This document shows, one piece after another, positions 12,050 to 23,005 of a stretch of 42,376 nucleotides of DNA. The stretch is from assembly GCA_964234715.1 (NCBI GenBank), contig OZ174284.1; one strand, written 5' to 3'. Position 1 is the first letter of the stretch, and every line of letters starts with the position of its first letter. Under the pieces are notes generated by a model that saw nothing but the letters and a program-made list of their open reading frames with translations, was not told the DNA's origin and did no database searches. Source of the DNA: Podarcis melisellensis (Eukaryota). Position numbers and translations under genes: made by a program.

Positions 12050-13916
12050 ATATAAGAATACTGTACACATAAAAAAAACCAAAACCAAAACCTGACCTAT
12101 GACTCAAGTGAGTTTTCTGCATGTGAGCGGAATCTGACCATTAATTAGCACAATGTCCTGTAAATTCCAATTTCAAGAGATAGTGAACATCCACTCATTT
12201 GATGATGTGAGCACAGTTCACTCTGTATCTTCTGCCTTATTTAGAATTGTTTGCTTTTGTTTGTATGTAAACAGAGCTTCAAGGTGCCAGAATCCATTTC
12301 GCTGTTCATCATATCAGTACGATACTAAGAGTGGGATGTACAGAGAAGAACTTCAGAAATCGAAAGTGGAGATGCCACCAAGACCTCCATGTTCAAGCTC
12401 AAATCAAGTATGAGATGAGCATTACAGCTCCCAAATCCCTCTCTTCAGATGCTGGAATTCTAGAACAGCACTGGGAAGCCTCCATTCCATGGGCCTTATG
12501 GGGCCCACTAGGCCTCCAAGTTTGGCACATGAGGCTGTTTTGGCAAATCCACAGCTCCCTTTGTGTGGCAGGTAAAGATGGGGCTTGAACCAAAGATGAG
12601 GCTTTCAGGTACCAACAACTAGGTGGCTGTCAGTAGAGTTCCTTTGCCAGCACAGTATGAAATTCCTTTGCCAGCACAGTATGATAGCAAAGGAAAATGC
12701 TCGCCTGTCAAACTTGATCCATGAGATCAGGCCCACTGGAGTGATCCAGTTCCCCACCATTGTGCTAAAAGATAACTAATGTTTGCCTAGTGATATTGTT
12801 GCTGCTGTTAATAGTCAAAAAAATTCAAGAATTATATCCATCTCTAACTTGACCACCTAATATATCCAGATATATTCGACTTATAAGAGAGCCCCCTTTT
12901 TATTTTATATTGTATATCAAAATGCTTTTAATAATGGGCACTTCCACCAGCTATGGAGGAAAGAAACAGAAGTTAATTTAAGATAATCCATCCCAGCTTT
13001 TAACTGCATGCTGGGGTGGAGAAATAAGCACAGGGGACAATGCTATGCAACTCAAAATATAAAGCTATTTGAGATTTGCTATTGTCTATCTAAAGCCACT
13101 CATTTATTTTACATTAAAATTTAAAATTGTAATTAAGCCAGTTCCTTCTTGGCCATTGCTGCCAAACCTGCAGGGTACATTTCTTATCTCACCTACAGAA
13201 TATGGAATTCGCTTTTTCAATATAATTAAGTCTTTGGAACTGGCTTTTGGAGTGCAGGCTGATGCCGTTTCACATGGGCTTGAAAAGATCTCCTCAAATT
13301 ATACATGACAGCCCAGTTGCATTCCCATCAAAATGTTCCAATCTTATGGATTAATTCAAAGAGAGGCACTGCTCAATCTTTCAACTGTTGGCTCCGGGCA
13401 GGTGTTTCTGTTCCTTCCAGCTGAAGCACAGATGAATGGAGTTTGACAGGGTTTCCCCTTCAGTGACATTCTAAGGAAAATGAGTTAGACTTGTCTTTTG
13501 GCTAAGGCAGAGGTGAGTGACAAACAACTGTCAGTCAACGGCTTCCCTCCAACTGCAACTCTATGGCACTTTCTTAGACAAGCCAGGTGATGAAGAAATA
13601 AGCTCTTCTTGGAGCATTATGATTTTTAAAATCTGAATTTTTAATCTTAATTCTTTTATAACTAGTTGGAAAAGTTTTCAGCACTATTGGTACCCAAGGA
13701 GGTTGTAATAATGGGAACTTCACAGGATCTTTCCCGAAGATATTTTTTTATATACTTTTTCAATGCTCATACTGGACATTGGGGGGGGGGCGGGAATCAG
13801 TTGCAGTTGCATTAGTGACATTTTCACAAGGCTATAGCATTATGATGAACTGGAGTTACTAGTAAAAGCTCTTGGCATTCCTATGAAGCTTGCCAGAGTT
13901 AGGCCTAGAAATGAGT

Positions 13917-14048
13917 NNNNNNNNNNNNNNNNNNNNNNNNNNNNNNNNNNNNNNNNNNNNNNNNNNNNNNNNNNNNNNNNNNNNNNNNNNNNNNNNNNNN
14001 NNNNNNNNNNNNNNNNNNNNNNNNNNNNNNNNNNNNNNNNNNNNNNNN
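13917..14048. other. Assembly gap (132 N)
   Basis: Run of N. Confidence 1.
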
Positions 14049-14108
14049 CTGGGTTTCCCCAGCCACTCTGGGCAGCTTCCAACCGAATATTAAAAACAAT
14101 ACAGCGCC
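14049..14108 (-). mobile_element. L2 3' end fragment abutting the gap
   Basis: ccccagccactctgggcagcttcca matches 5916-5940 of the L2; its simple-repeat tail probably lies in the gap. Confidence 0.75.
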
Positions 14109-14179
14109 AGGCAAAGAACAGGCAGGTATAATTCCTTCATGTCACATCTTATATTGCCTAATAAGTTTATAATCTGTGG

Positions 14180-14315
14180 CAGGGTTTCCCAAGCTTGGGT
14201 CTCCAGCTGTTTTTGGACTACAACTCCCATCATCCCTAGCTAGCAGGACCAGTGGTCAGAGATGATGGGAACTGAAGTCCAAAAACAGGTGGAGACCCAA
14301 ACTTGGGAAACACTG
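14180..14315. mobile_element. Palindromic hAT-type MITE (136 bp)
   Basis: TIR cagggtttcccaa / ttgggaaacactg and a near whole-length inverted repeat; degenerate 8-bp TSD atctgtgg / atctaggg. Confidence 0.85.
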
Positions 14316-14414
14316 ATCTAGGGTTACCTAACTACTGAGAGGATGAAACTCTCCTAAGAAGGGCAGAAACATGGCAAAATCTTCACTATTTTATGCCGTT
14401 TTATTTGGTTCTAA

Positions 14415-14598
14415 TTGTTGGGAAAGATGGAGGGCAGAAGGAGAAGGGGACAGAGGACGAGATGGTGGGACAGTGTTCTCGAAGCTACCAGCATGAGTTT
14501 GATCAAACTGCAGGAGGCAGTGGAAGACAGGAGTGCCTGGTGTGCTCTGGTCCATGGGGTCACGAAGAGTCAGACACAACTAAACCACTAAACAACAA
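14415..14598 (+). mobile_element. RTE-BovB LINE 3' end fragment
   Basis: LGKMEG.R..G remnant, gtccatggggtcacgaagagtc and (aac)n tail; homologous to 18201-18419. Confidence 0.9.
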
Positions 14599-14789
14599 AA
14601 AGGGCTACAACATTTAATTGATCATTCAGTTACAATCATCAAATTAAAAATATTTTATTGACTAAAAAGGACTTATTGATTCATCAGGCAACAGTTTAAT
14701 GAATGAGTATATGAACACTGTTTTTAACTTTGGGCGGGGGGAATGCAGGTGGCATGCACAAACTTAGAAAAGGCATTCTCTCCTGTGAG

Positions 14790-15203
14790 CAGGGATAAGG
14801 TGCAAGGGTGAACCTACCTTATTCACGCTTTCCAATACAATATGCAAACTAAAGCACGGCTATCTGTTGAAATTTGCACCCATCCCACTTTTGCAATGCA
14901 ATTCTCCAGTCAAGTAATGGGTACAAAATGCATATGCTGTGGTTAAGTCTGCACAAAAATAAATACACCAAAGTGCATTATATTAGGGAAACTTGCTTTG
15001 CAAAAAAATAATAATAGTTTTTAAGGCAGAATTCAATACAGCAATGTGTGTATTTAGAGAAATTTGCACTTAACTGCTGGTGAATTTTCATAAGGACTTT
15101 CTTTTTTAAATGCAACTTGATATGGAAATCTGGAGAAGTGAACTTAAGATTGGAAAAATGGGAAACAGAGACAAACCAACATTTACAGATCCACCCATCC
15201 CTA
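14790..15203. mobile_element. Old non-autonomous hAT (Ac-like termini) element
   Basis: Ends cagggat... / ...catcccta; 8-bp TSD cctgtgag (14782-14789) / cctgtaag (15204-15211). Confidence 0.7.
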
Positions 15204-15931
15204 CCTGTAAGAGAGGGAGATGGGGACTGACTCTTTTAATCTTAGGCCAGATGCAAGACACATGCATCAATTAAAAGGAATCAAATAAAAAGTATGCTAT
15301 TTGCTTTGGAACTATTGCTTTTGCTCATGCGCAAACTAATAAATTAATTAATAAGCTAAAATTAAATAGACAAATCAACTGAAAAAATTAATTGACTATA
15401 AACCTTTATTCTAAATAAAGGTATTGTGCTACTTTCTCCTGTGGGCTTTCTTTTTTAGTCTGACCAACACAGAGCTGCCTGCTATTTTTGTCTATATTCC
15501 AAATGTGAATTTACTGCAAGAATGACTATCTTTCGCAGCACATGAAGGCCCAGGAATGCCTCAGGAATATTTCCTCCTACACTGATTCATCTGCCAAGAA
15601 AAAAAATATCCTTCAGTAGAAAAGTATATTTTGCAGAAAATACTAAACTGAAATCAAATGCCAACCAGATCGAAAGCTGACCAGGTAAGAATATATTTTT
15701 TCTATTAGCAATAGCATGCTCTGTGGTTAAATGCATAGAACCATGAGACAGTTTTCCAAAGCCACATTAATTTGCCATAGTAACTTCCATTAGAAGTACT
15801 GTCTTAGAAACCGGCATGTGCCTCTTTACATATAATGCCAATGAGAAAAGACATGAGAATCTTTCCCCTCAGTGCACTGAGCTGGAGTTTGTCATTGATG
15901 TCAATGGGTCCAAAACTGGCTTACGTTCAAC

Positions 15932-16300
15932 TAAAAAGGTAAAGGACTCCTGACAGTTAAGTCCAGTCGCAGACAACTCTGGGGTTGCGGTGCTCATCTC
16001 GCTTTACAGGCTGAGGGACCCGGTGTTTGTCCACAGACAGTTTTTCCAGGTCATGTGGCAAGCATGACTAAGCCGCTTCTGGTGAAACCAGAGTACCACA
16101 CAGAAATGCTGTTTACCTTCCCGCCGGAGCGGTACCTATTTATCTACTTGCACTTTTTTGGCGTGCTTTCAAACTGCTAGGTTGACAGGAGCAGGGACTG
16201 AGCAACGGGAGCTCACCCCCTCATGTGGATTCAAACCGCCGACCTTCTGATCGGAAAGCCCAAGGCTCAGTGGTTTAGACCACAGTGCCACCCACGTCCC
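15932..16300 (-). mobile_element. Sauria SINE
   Basis: Homologous to 11701-12049; TSD tacgttcaac (15922-15931) / tacattcaac (16301-16310). Confidence 0.93.
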
Positions 16301-16833
16301 TACATTCAACACTTCTAACTAATTTTGTATTCAGAGCAGGGCCAGCTCCAGTTTTTAGGAGGTCCTTGGGCAAGATGCTCTCTATGCCCCTCCTCTGAGT
16401 GTCAGATTTCACTTACACTCTCCTTCTGGGCCCATTCTGCACAACTACTCAGGGGGGCAAGATAAGGCAAGTGGACAGGCCTGCTGCACCTTCTCACTCT
16501 GAGCTTGTCTGCTCCAAGAGCACAAGTGGATATGCAGCAACATCAAAGAGAAAGACGAGGAGCCTCCTCCACTCACATCACTATCTCTCTCCAGAGATAG
16601 ATGGTTCTGGAGATCAGTAGTGGTCCCAATGCAGTGGGAGAGCCCCGGCAAATGGCCAGCAATCCCAACCTCTGATACCAAACCTTCCTAGGTGGGTACC
16701 GAAATTAAGTTCACTGGAATAAGCAGTTAAAAACTGCTGAAATAGATAGAGATCTGGATAACCTGGTTTTCTAGGCAGGAAGATACAGTCAACCAACACA
16801 GCATTCCTGGCATCTCCAGAATAGGTAGACATT

Positions 16834-16960
16834 ACATAGAATCATAGAGTTGGAAGAAACCCCAAGGGCAACCCCCTGCAGTGCAGGAATCCTGCCCACA
16901 ACCGTCCCTGGATGGGCTCAAACCGCCAATCTTCTGGTTAACAGCCAGACACACTGACTA
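16834..16960 (-). mobile_element. tRNA-Asn-derived SINE with CR1-type 3' tail
   Basis: Minus strand ggctgttaaccagaagattggcggtttgagcccatccagggacg resembles the anticodon (GTT) and T arms of tRNA-Asn; it ends in the CR1-type ttccaactctatgattctatg. Confidence 0.75.
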
Positions 16961-18019
16961 ATGGTGCAGTTCAGCCAGGCGTCTTCACAGTAGGTGGGGT
17001 TAGGGTTGCAGCCTTAATCATGCTTTGGATTGGAAAGCAGTCTGGAAGTTTGGGCAGCTTGTAAATTAAGATGGTTTCTTTCATTAGTCTGGTTCTTGAC
17101 CACAGAAGCAGTTGCCAAATGCCCTAAGATGTGAGACACAATAAAAGAAGCATAATTTATTTACATGTTTGATCTGCAACACCCTTAGCTACTCAACTGA
17201 CACATCGCTCTACTTCAGCACAGGTAGGCTTGCTGCCCAGATAATAGCAAATACCCATACTTTTCTGCCACCCACTATGTTAGGACAACCCCACCCTACC
17301 CCCATACATTGGATCAGTAACATAATTGTCTTTCCCTTCAGCACCTTACAGAGCATTGAAAGGCACTGGAAGTGACATTGGCCTCCCACTCATTGATCCT
17401 CTCTGTGGTTTGTTGCAAACAATGGTATTACCCTGCGTTCCAAACTGCTGGATGCTTTTATTCTGTTCAAAGAGCCGATTGTTACTGAAAGCGAAATGAG
17501 TCTTAGGGGTAGGTAAGTTCAAAATACGTTGTCATAGCTTGCAAAAACTGTCCTAGAGTGGGAGCCCAGATGCTGACGACATGATGTATCAGAGCTGACA
17601 TTTGCCAGGGCCGCCCTTGCTGGGAAATTCCAGACTCTGCCCACACATTGTTCACACTTTTCTCCATAGCCATAAGGGATAAAAAATCAGGCTGTCACAT
17701 TTTGTAAGGAAGGCTGAAATTCAGAGGACTCTTTCAGTGCCAGGTGCTGTGCCTATATAGGAAGCTCGCAGCCACGTGCAATACACAGTGGTGTCTGGCG
17801 AAGGTGATCGTGGGCTTGGAGACACCATCCAAGCACTCACCACTGTTCTGCTTTCATTAAGATACGACCACACAGCAGTTTTCCAACGCAGCAGCAGTTT
17901 AGGAATGCTTCTTAGGAAATAGGAAGCTGCCTTGTAACAAGTCAACTTAGCATTGTGGGTGCTGAATGACAGGCATGAGTTTTCTCCAGCCCAACTTGGA
18001 AATGCCAGGGATTGAACCT

Positions 18020-18709
18020 TGTTGGGAAACTGTGTACATGCAGCTACTCACACAGAGTCAATTAAGGTTTGGCAGACAGCCAGAAGGCAATCTGAAGGAG
18101 TAAGTCTGCCTGGTGATAACAGAGACATGGAGACTGCTCCCTGATTGGTCAAGCTCTCTCAAGGGAGTGATAATTAATGGCCTACTAACTGGAATATGTT
18201 GAGAAGAGAAGACTCCCTGGAAAAGACCCTGATGCTGGGAAAGATGGAAGGCACAAGGAGAAGGGGACGACAGAGGACGAGATGGTTGGACAGTGTTCTC
18301 GAAGCTACAAACATGAGTCTGACCAAACTGCGGGAGGTAGTGGAACATAGGAGTGCCTGGCGTGCTCTGGTCCATGGGGTCACGAAGAGTCGGACATGAC
18401 TAAACGATAAAACAACAACAACTGGAATGTGTTAGTTCAGAGTTTTGGAAGTTCAGAGTTCTGTGTCAGTGTAGGAGTTGTGAGTTGTATATGAGAGAGC
18501 TAGCTAAAGATCCATGTTCTGTTCCTGTAAATAGTCTACTCTATATGTAATAAACACCTAACTACAAGTTCCTGGTTCCTGCTTCGTCTATCCTGTCTGC
18601 AGCCAAGTTGCCAATTGCTTCCGCGGATTCTGCGTGTACTCTGCTAGGTCTGGCTAAGGTCCTGCAACTAGTCAGAAAGTTGTGAAACACCAAATAGGTT
18701 TTACCAATA
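18020..18709 (+). mobile_element. Solo LTR (~457 bp after removing the BovB insert and one TSD copy)
   Basis: Starts tgttgg and ends ccaata (ccaaca with one change); perfect 5-bp TSD aacct (18015-18019, 18710-18714); inverted CCAAT box (ctgattgg ~18141), AT-rich box ~18170, aataaa ~18549. Confidence 0.85.
18201..18419 (+). mobile_element. RTE-BovB LINE 3' fragment nested in the solo LTR
   Basis: RREDSLEKTLMLGKMEGTRRRGRQRTRWLD, (aac)n tail; TSD aactggaatatgtt (18187-18200) / aactggaatgtgtt (18420-18433). Confidence 0.93.
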
Positions 18710-19344
18710 AACCTGGGACATTTTGCAGGCAAACCATGTGTTCTGCAACAGAGTTACAGTCCTTTCCCAAACTTCCAGGTCTATTTCAGTGCAGTAAATT
18801 CCAGTACATAAATAATACTGGCGGAGATTACCAGAGGCAACAGCATTTACTTTGAGGCTTCTATACCGCTGAAAGTTGGGTTGCGACCCAGAGACCACAT
18901 TCAGGGATCTCACTGGTTGGTGGTGTCTTGTTGTTAGCAGATCCTTGGCTTTATTTCAGAATTCTGCTCCCGCAGAGGCACCTGACTTTTATGCTATATA
19001 AATTATTTATTGTTATTTGCTCTTCAGCCCTTGTTTCACATCCATCTCTTCTCCTCTCCTCTCCCGGTTCCCAGGATTTAACTGATCTTTAAAATCATGT
19101 CTCTGTGAAAAGGTATTAGGAAGACCTTTGAAATCAGCCAGGAAGCTTTGTGGTGTTCACAAAAAGACAGATGGAAAGGTAGGCAACATCCTTCACTTCG
19201 CAGTTTTTGATGTTTGTGTCTTAGCAGAAGCACAAAGCTAATGTAGTCATTGTCAATCTGCAGGACGTGGCGGGGGGGGGCACTCTTCTGTTCTAAACAT
19301 AATAATAAATAAAAATACTTGGGTTCTCTTCTGTGGGACTTATT

Positions 19345-20115
19345 AAAACAAAAATATTCAACTTTAAATGATTATTTAAATGTATTGGGCGTTTATCCCT
19401 CCCAGTCCCCCACCGAGGATCTGGGGAACATCAGGGTTTTCCAGAGTGGTGGGGTGGGGATGGGCTGGCTCTGGAGAACCTATGTTCAAGCAGAGAGCCC
19501 GCCCCTGTTACGCCGCCGTCACAGGGGAGAGCAATGACAACCTCTTGGCGTACGGCCAAAGCCTCCCCTCAAAACAACCCCTTTAACGGGGAACCCTGGT
19601 ATCACCGCTGCAAAGAGAAGGGGGGCATCACCACTACACGCCCTCCCCCAATTTAGGGAAGATAGACTAAAGGATTCTGCCCAAGGCCTGATACCACCAA
19701 AGCTGTGACATTTTGCTACAGGGAAGGCAAACCTGCCAATGCAGGAGAATTCCTTTCCGGCCCTTCAACAGCAACCTTGACATAGCAGCACCCGCGTACC
19801 TGTGAAGAAAAGGTTAGCCTGCAAAAGAAGTCTTAACTGAGAGTGGGTAGGGTGGGAGAAACTCTGGAGTCAACTGACGATTCCCAGGTAAGATCCTCCC
19901 CCTATGGTGTGGGCAGGGTGGTCCCTTCCCCTACCTGTCCTGATCACCTTGGCAACGCCTCCCCAGGTGGGATTGGCTGAGGTAGGCAGAGACCTCCAGG
20001 TATCCCACCTGGGGAAGGCGAAGCCAAGCCTGTGCTAATGGTGCTGCATAGGGTCCAGGGGGCTGCATGCAACCACATAAAGGGCCATCCCCCATTTCAT
20101 GTGGGGAGCAGTCAT
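19345..20115 (-). mobile_element. Distant relative (copy C) of the ~800-bp LTR-like/YR-type element; boundaries approximate
   Basis: On minus it has the same ordered blocks as copy B: gctatg, aagggcc..aggaatt..attggc..tttgcct..tagcaaa..gtcaca..tcaggc, ccgttaaagg, ggtggggg..ccaat, ttttaataa. Confidence 0.65.
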
Positions 20116-20918
20116 TGCGTGTGGGGAAGATAGAACAGTGTTGGTTTCTTCACAGTGCTTCCATAAAGCTTGATGTTATACAGAACAGGGTTGGTATTGT
20201 TGCTTCTTCAAATTTAGACATTCAGAGTAAAGCCCCCCCACCTAAGCCTACATTGCAATGGCCCGCTTTTACGTTTACCTAACCAAATGCTCTGTTGCAA
20301 TATTTCTGGAAGTGACTCCAAAAATACAATCTTATCTTGCATTCTAGGCAAACAGCTGTGCTGTAAGTTTTAAAAAAGCACACACCTAAACTGAAGAGGG
20401 AATATCAGATTATTCCATCATCATCTTTTTGACATAAACAATGGATCCATCTGTAAAAGTTCCCTTCCGGCTGTATCCCCTTTAGTATTTTCTGCATGAT
20501 ATGATTAGCTGGCACAGGAGACCAAGGAGATACCTTATGCTCTTTCCCTCCTTTGAAGTAATATGGAAAGAAGGTTTAATCTAGGTTTAATTAACTACCA
20601 TGAACAATGGGTACATTTCGTTTCAACCTACTGTAACTAGCTTTGAAGAAAAGTCCCTTTTTTAAAGAGCACTTTTTATTTGCACTCCCTCAAATTTCCA
20701 CTAAAAAAAAATATGGCTATTTTTACCTGTCCTGTCTCGACCTTCCGTAGGAGCTCATTGGCACACCAGGTCACCTGAGGGCAATATACACAAGCAGGTA
20801 AGCTTGCTTGGCATGTTGTACACGGCTCTCCTCATTTGCTGCCACACAATATGCCAGTTGTGGTTTGTCCCCCACAGTAGCTCTGTGTGATGTGTCGCTT
20901 CCAGTTGTAAGAACACTA

Positions 20919-21160
20919 CAGTGGTACCTCAGGTTAAGAACTTAATTCGTTCTGGAGGTCCGTTCTTAACCTGAAACTGTTCTTAACCTGAGGTACCACT
21001 TTAGGTAATGGGGTCTCCCGCTGTGGTGCCACCACCGCCACGTGATTTCTGTTCTCATCCTGAAGCAAAGTTCTTAACCCGAGGTACTATTTCTGGGTTA
21101 GCGGAGTCTGTAACCTGAAGTATCTGTAACCTGAAGCGTCTGTAACCCAAGGTACCACTG
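20919..21160. mobile_element. Tc1/mariner-superfamily MITE
   Basis: TIRs cagtggtacct / aggtaccactg with flanking TA. Confidence 0.92.
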
Positions 21161-21386
21161 TACCTAACTCTGTTGCTTGGTATCACAGAGTGCTTCCTAA
21201 CCCTAGCTAAAGACATATTACTGGATCAGCGCTGGACATGTAAATGCTGGTGTAGCAGTTCACAGAATCAATCTGTAAGTCACATCAGCTGTACATACCC
21301 TCACCATTTTGTCCTCAGAATAAAGGAGGCTAGGGGAGAAATTTACTGGCCTAACACTTCGCGTTGAACTGCATGGCTAGTAGAAA

Positions 21387-21756
21387 AAGGTAAAAAGGTA
21401 AAGGTACCCCTGCCCGTACGGGCCAGTCTTGACAGACTCTGGGGTTGTGCGCCCATCTCACTTAAGAGGCCAGGGGCCAGCGCTGTCCGGAGACACTTCC
21501 GGGTCACGTGGCCAGCGTGACATCGCTGCTCTGGCGAGCCAGAGCCGCACACGGAAACACCGTTTACCTTCCCGCTGGTAAGTGGTCCCTATTTATCTAC
21601 TTGCACCCAGAGGTGCTTTCGAACTGCTAGGTTGGCAGGCGCTGGGACCGAGCAGCGGGAGCGCACCCCGCCGCAGGGATTCGAACCACCGACCTTTTGA
21701 TCGGCAAGTCCTAGGCGCTGAGGCTTTAACCCACAGCGCCACCTGCGTCCCCCAGG
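21387..21756 (-). mobile_element. Sauria SINE, distinct young subfamily
   Basis: CpG-rich, different 3' region (ggtacccctgcccgtacgggccagtc); perfect 22-bp TSD tgaactgcatggctagtagaaa (21365-21386, 21757-21778). Confidence 0.95.
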
Positions 21757-21996
21757 TGAACTGCATGGCTAGTAGAAAGGGGAGATTAAAAAGTATGAAA
21801 TTAAAGAAATATGTAATGCCTGATTGTGCTTAGATATGCATTTTTAACATGATAGACACTTTTTTTGCTATTTGCATCTAATTTTATAATTCCTTTTTTG
21901 TTTTGTTTTAGTGACCTTTCTGCCTCTGTTTTGACAATGATCCTCATAGGACTTTTCCCTTCTTCAGAGGACAAGGTATGAAGTAGACATTTTGGG

Positions 21997-22132
21997 GGGA
22001 GCCCGTGGCCCTCCAGATATTGCTGAGCTCCATTTCCCACCAGCCCCTGCCAGCATGGCCCATTGATATAAGAAGGTATAATCAGAATTGTGTTCCAACA
22101 ACATCCAGAGGGCACCAGGCTTTCTGTCCCTG
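21997..22132. mobile_element. Degenerate palindromic hAT-type MITE
   Basis: gccctccagatattg...caacatccagagggc inverted arms; similar remnants at ~26035-26100 and ~33695-33823. Confidence 0.55.
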
Positions 22133-22829
22133 ATCTGTATGTTCTGACATGCACACAGAGCTTTGGACAAGTTGGGACAGTTCTGTGTTGAATAGTACCA
22201 GGGAATGCTCTGCATGCACAAGTGATTCAGATTTCCATGCACACTGAAGCCACCAGATCAAATGAGATATGCTTCATGTAGCCAACTAGCTCCCTGTTTA
22301 ATTGGGTAATGGGTTCTTCCTAGCTCAGGTAGCTCAACTATGAATTATTTAGAAACAAAAAGCTCCCTTGTGCTCTTGTTTTTCTTACTTTACGAAGCGG
22401 TCTGCCGAATAAGTACCTCAGTAACTGAACTGCTTCTTCCCTTCCCTTCACATAATCCTAAACCCAACAGGCTCATGTGATTAAAATTAAATGGAGCAAG
22501 AGACTCCTAAAATAGCAGCAGGAACAAGAAGCAATAATCTTAACAGTTTGCAGTGATCACTCAAATTCATTGTAGTGGCTAATGTGGCTGATTCTTCTGT
22601 AAAATAAAAGCCATGGAATTTGCTCACTTGAACTGATAAGACACCCCAAATACTATATCTGTTTTGCTCACCTAAAGCAAGTGCCTTTCATTTAAAATCT
22701 GGCCAGTAATGTGGATCAGTTTCAAAACAAAGGAGGAACACAGTAACTAATGCTGATGAAGAAAATAGGAGGCAAAGAAAGAACCACTTTCTCAGAGCTT
22801 AATTTCTAAAAATAGCCAACAAAATGCAG

Positions 22830-23005
22830 ACAGTGTAGCATAGTGTAGTGGTTAGGGAGTTGGACTAAGAACAAAAGGGTTCAAGTCCTCACTCAGCCAT
22901 GAAGCTCAATGGGTGACCTTCGGCCAGTCACTGTCTCTCAAACTTACCTACTTTACAGGGTTGTTGTGAGGATAAAATGGAGGAAGGGAGAATGATGTAC
23001 ACTCC
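22830..23005 (+). mobile_element. MIR/CORE-type tRNA-derived SINE
   Basis: A box gtgtagtggttag, B box ggttcaagtcc, CORE-like gtgaccttcggccagtcac and acctactttacagggttgttgtgaggataaa. Confidence 0.85.

Larger units (their letters stand above)
17918..18768 (-). mobile_element. tRNA-derived Squam3-like SINE, split at its B box by a solo LTR (17918-18019 + 18710-18768)
   Basis: Rejoined minus strand: ggaaaggactgtaactctgttgcagaacacatgg...gtcccaggttcaatccctggcatttccaagttgggctgg...aaggcagcttcctat. Confidence 0.75.

Noticed and set aside
12639-12684. CRISPR-like direct repeats
   Set aside because: Only two units with a 2-nt spacer, in vertebrate DNA, with no cas genes.
13840-14131. ORFs containing X runs
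   Set aside because: Artefacts of the N gap.
15539-15683. Exon-like segment ending in a strong donor cag|gtaaga
   Set aside because: All three frames contain stops from either candidate acceptor; at most a non-coding exon.
16895-16960. Functional tRNA-Asn gene
   Set aside because: The 5' acceptor and D arms are missing or degenerate and it is fused to a CR1 tail.
11701-21756. All three Sauria SINEs on minus as evidence of host-gene orientation
   Set aside because: n=3, and the BovB, L2 and CR1 copies do not share the bias.
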